Assembly: GCF_006345805.1 (NCBI RefSeq)
Contig: NC_042998.1
Coordinates: 121,210,001-121,274,000, forward strand
Direction: 5' to 3'
Source of the DNA: Octopus sinensis
Lineage: Eukaryota
DNA: 64,000 nucleotides
Shown here: positions 63,863 through 64,000 of the stretch, piece by piece
Numbering within the stretch: position 1 is the first letter of the stretch
How the letters are laid out: each line of letters opens with the position of its first letter
Program-made: the position numbers and the translations under genes
The notes under the pieces: generated by a model
What the model was told of the DNA's origin: nothing
What the model saw: the letters and a program-made list of their open reading frames with translations, nothing else
Database searches by the model: none

Positions 63863-64000
63863 GGCATACGACTGGTTCAACAAGTAGCATTATTGATGAT
63901 TCTACCATTCTGCTAGCACCAGCCCTTCGTACAACAATTCTTCAACGACTTCAAACACGCAACTACAAAGAAGTGACATTATTTGCGCACATGGAACATG
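63863..64000 (+). CDS. TECPR1: TECPR1 coding exon 9 (ATG5-interacting region; truncated by the window end)
   Basis: ttgcag|(R)HTTGSTSSIIDDSTILLAPALRTTILQRLQTRNYKEVTLFAHMEH resembles human AWRKQIFQQLTERTKRELENFRHYEQ; phase matches exon 8. Confidence 0.9.

Overview
AT-rich animal genomic DNA, dense in microsatellites and transposon debris. The SINE, RTE and Helitron families look like those of an octopod cephalopod (recognition, not a database result). One protein-coding gene is clearly supported: TECPR1 (tectonin beta-propeller repeat autophagy factor) on the + strand. Nine coding exons run from 41020 to the window end with consistent GT-AG sites and phases, about 807 codons, and the 3' part lies outside the window. 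A CpG-retaining domain at about 12.7-21.5 kb probably holds its promoter and non-coding first exon. The rest is non-LTR retrotransposon fragments (R4/Dong-like, CRE-like, RTE, CR1/Jockey-like), tRNA-derived SINEs, Helitron-like elements, two Tc1/mariner relics, piggyBac-type MITEs and simple repeats. The most striking unannotated structure is at 24262-25039: an ORF-less unit of about 430 nt in tandem-plus-inverted arrangement that carries a type I hammerhead ribozyme (Penelope pLTR or retrozyme-like). Degenerate hammerhead remnants occur elsewhere. Most long ORFs in the supplied track are microsatellite artefacts. Repeat boundaries are approximate unless a target-site duplication (TSD) or terminal inverted repeat (TIR) is quoted.
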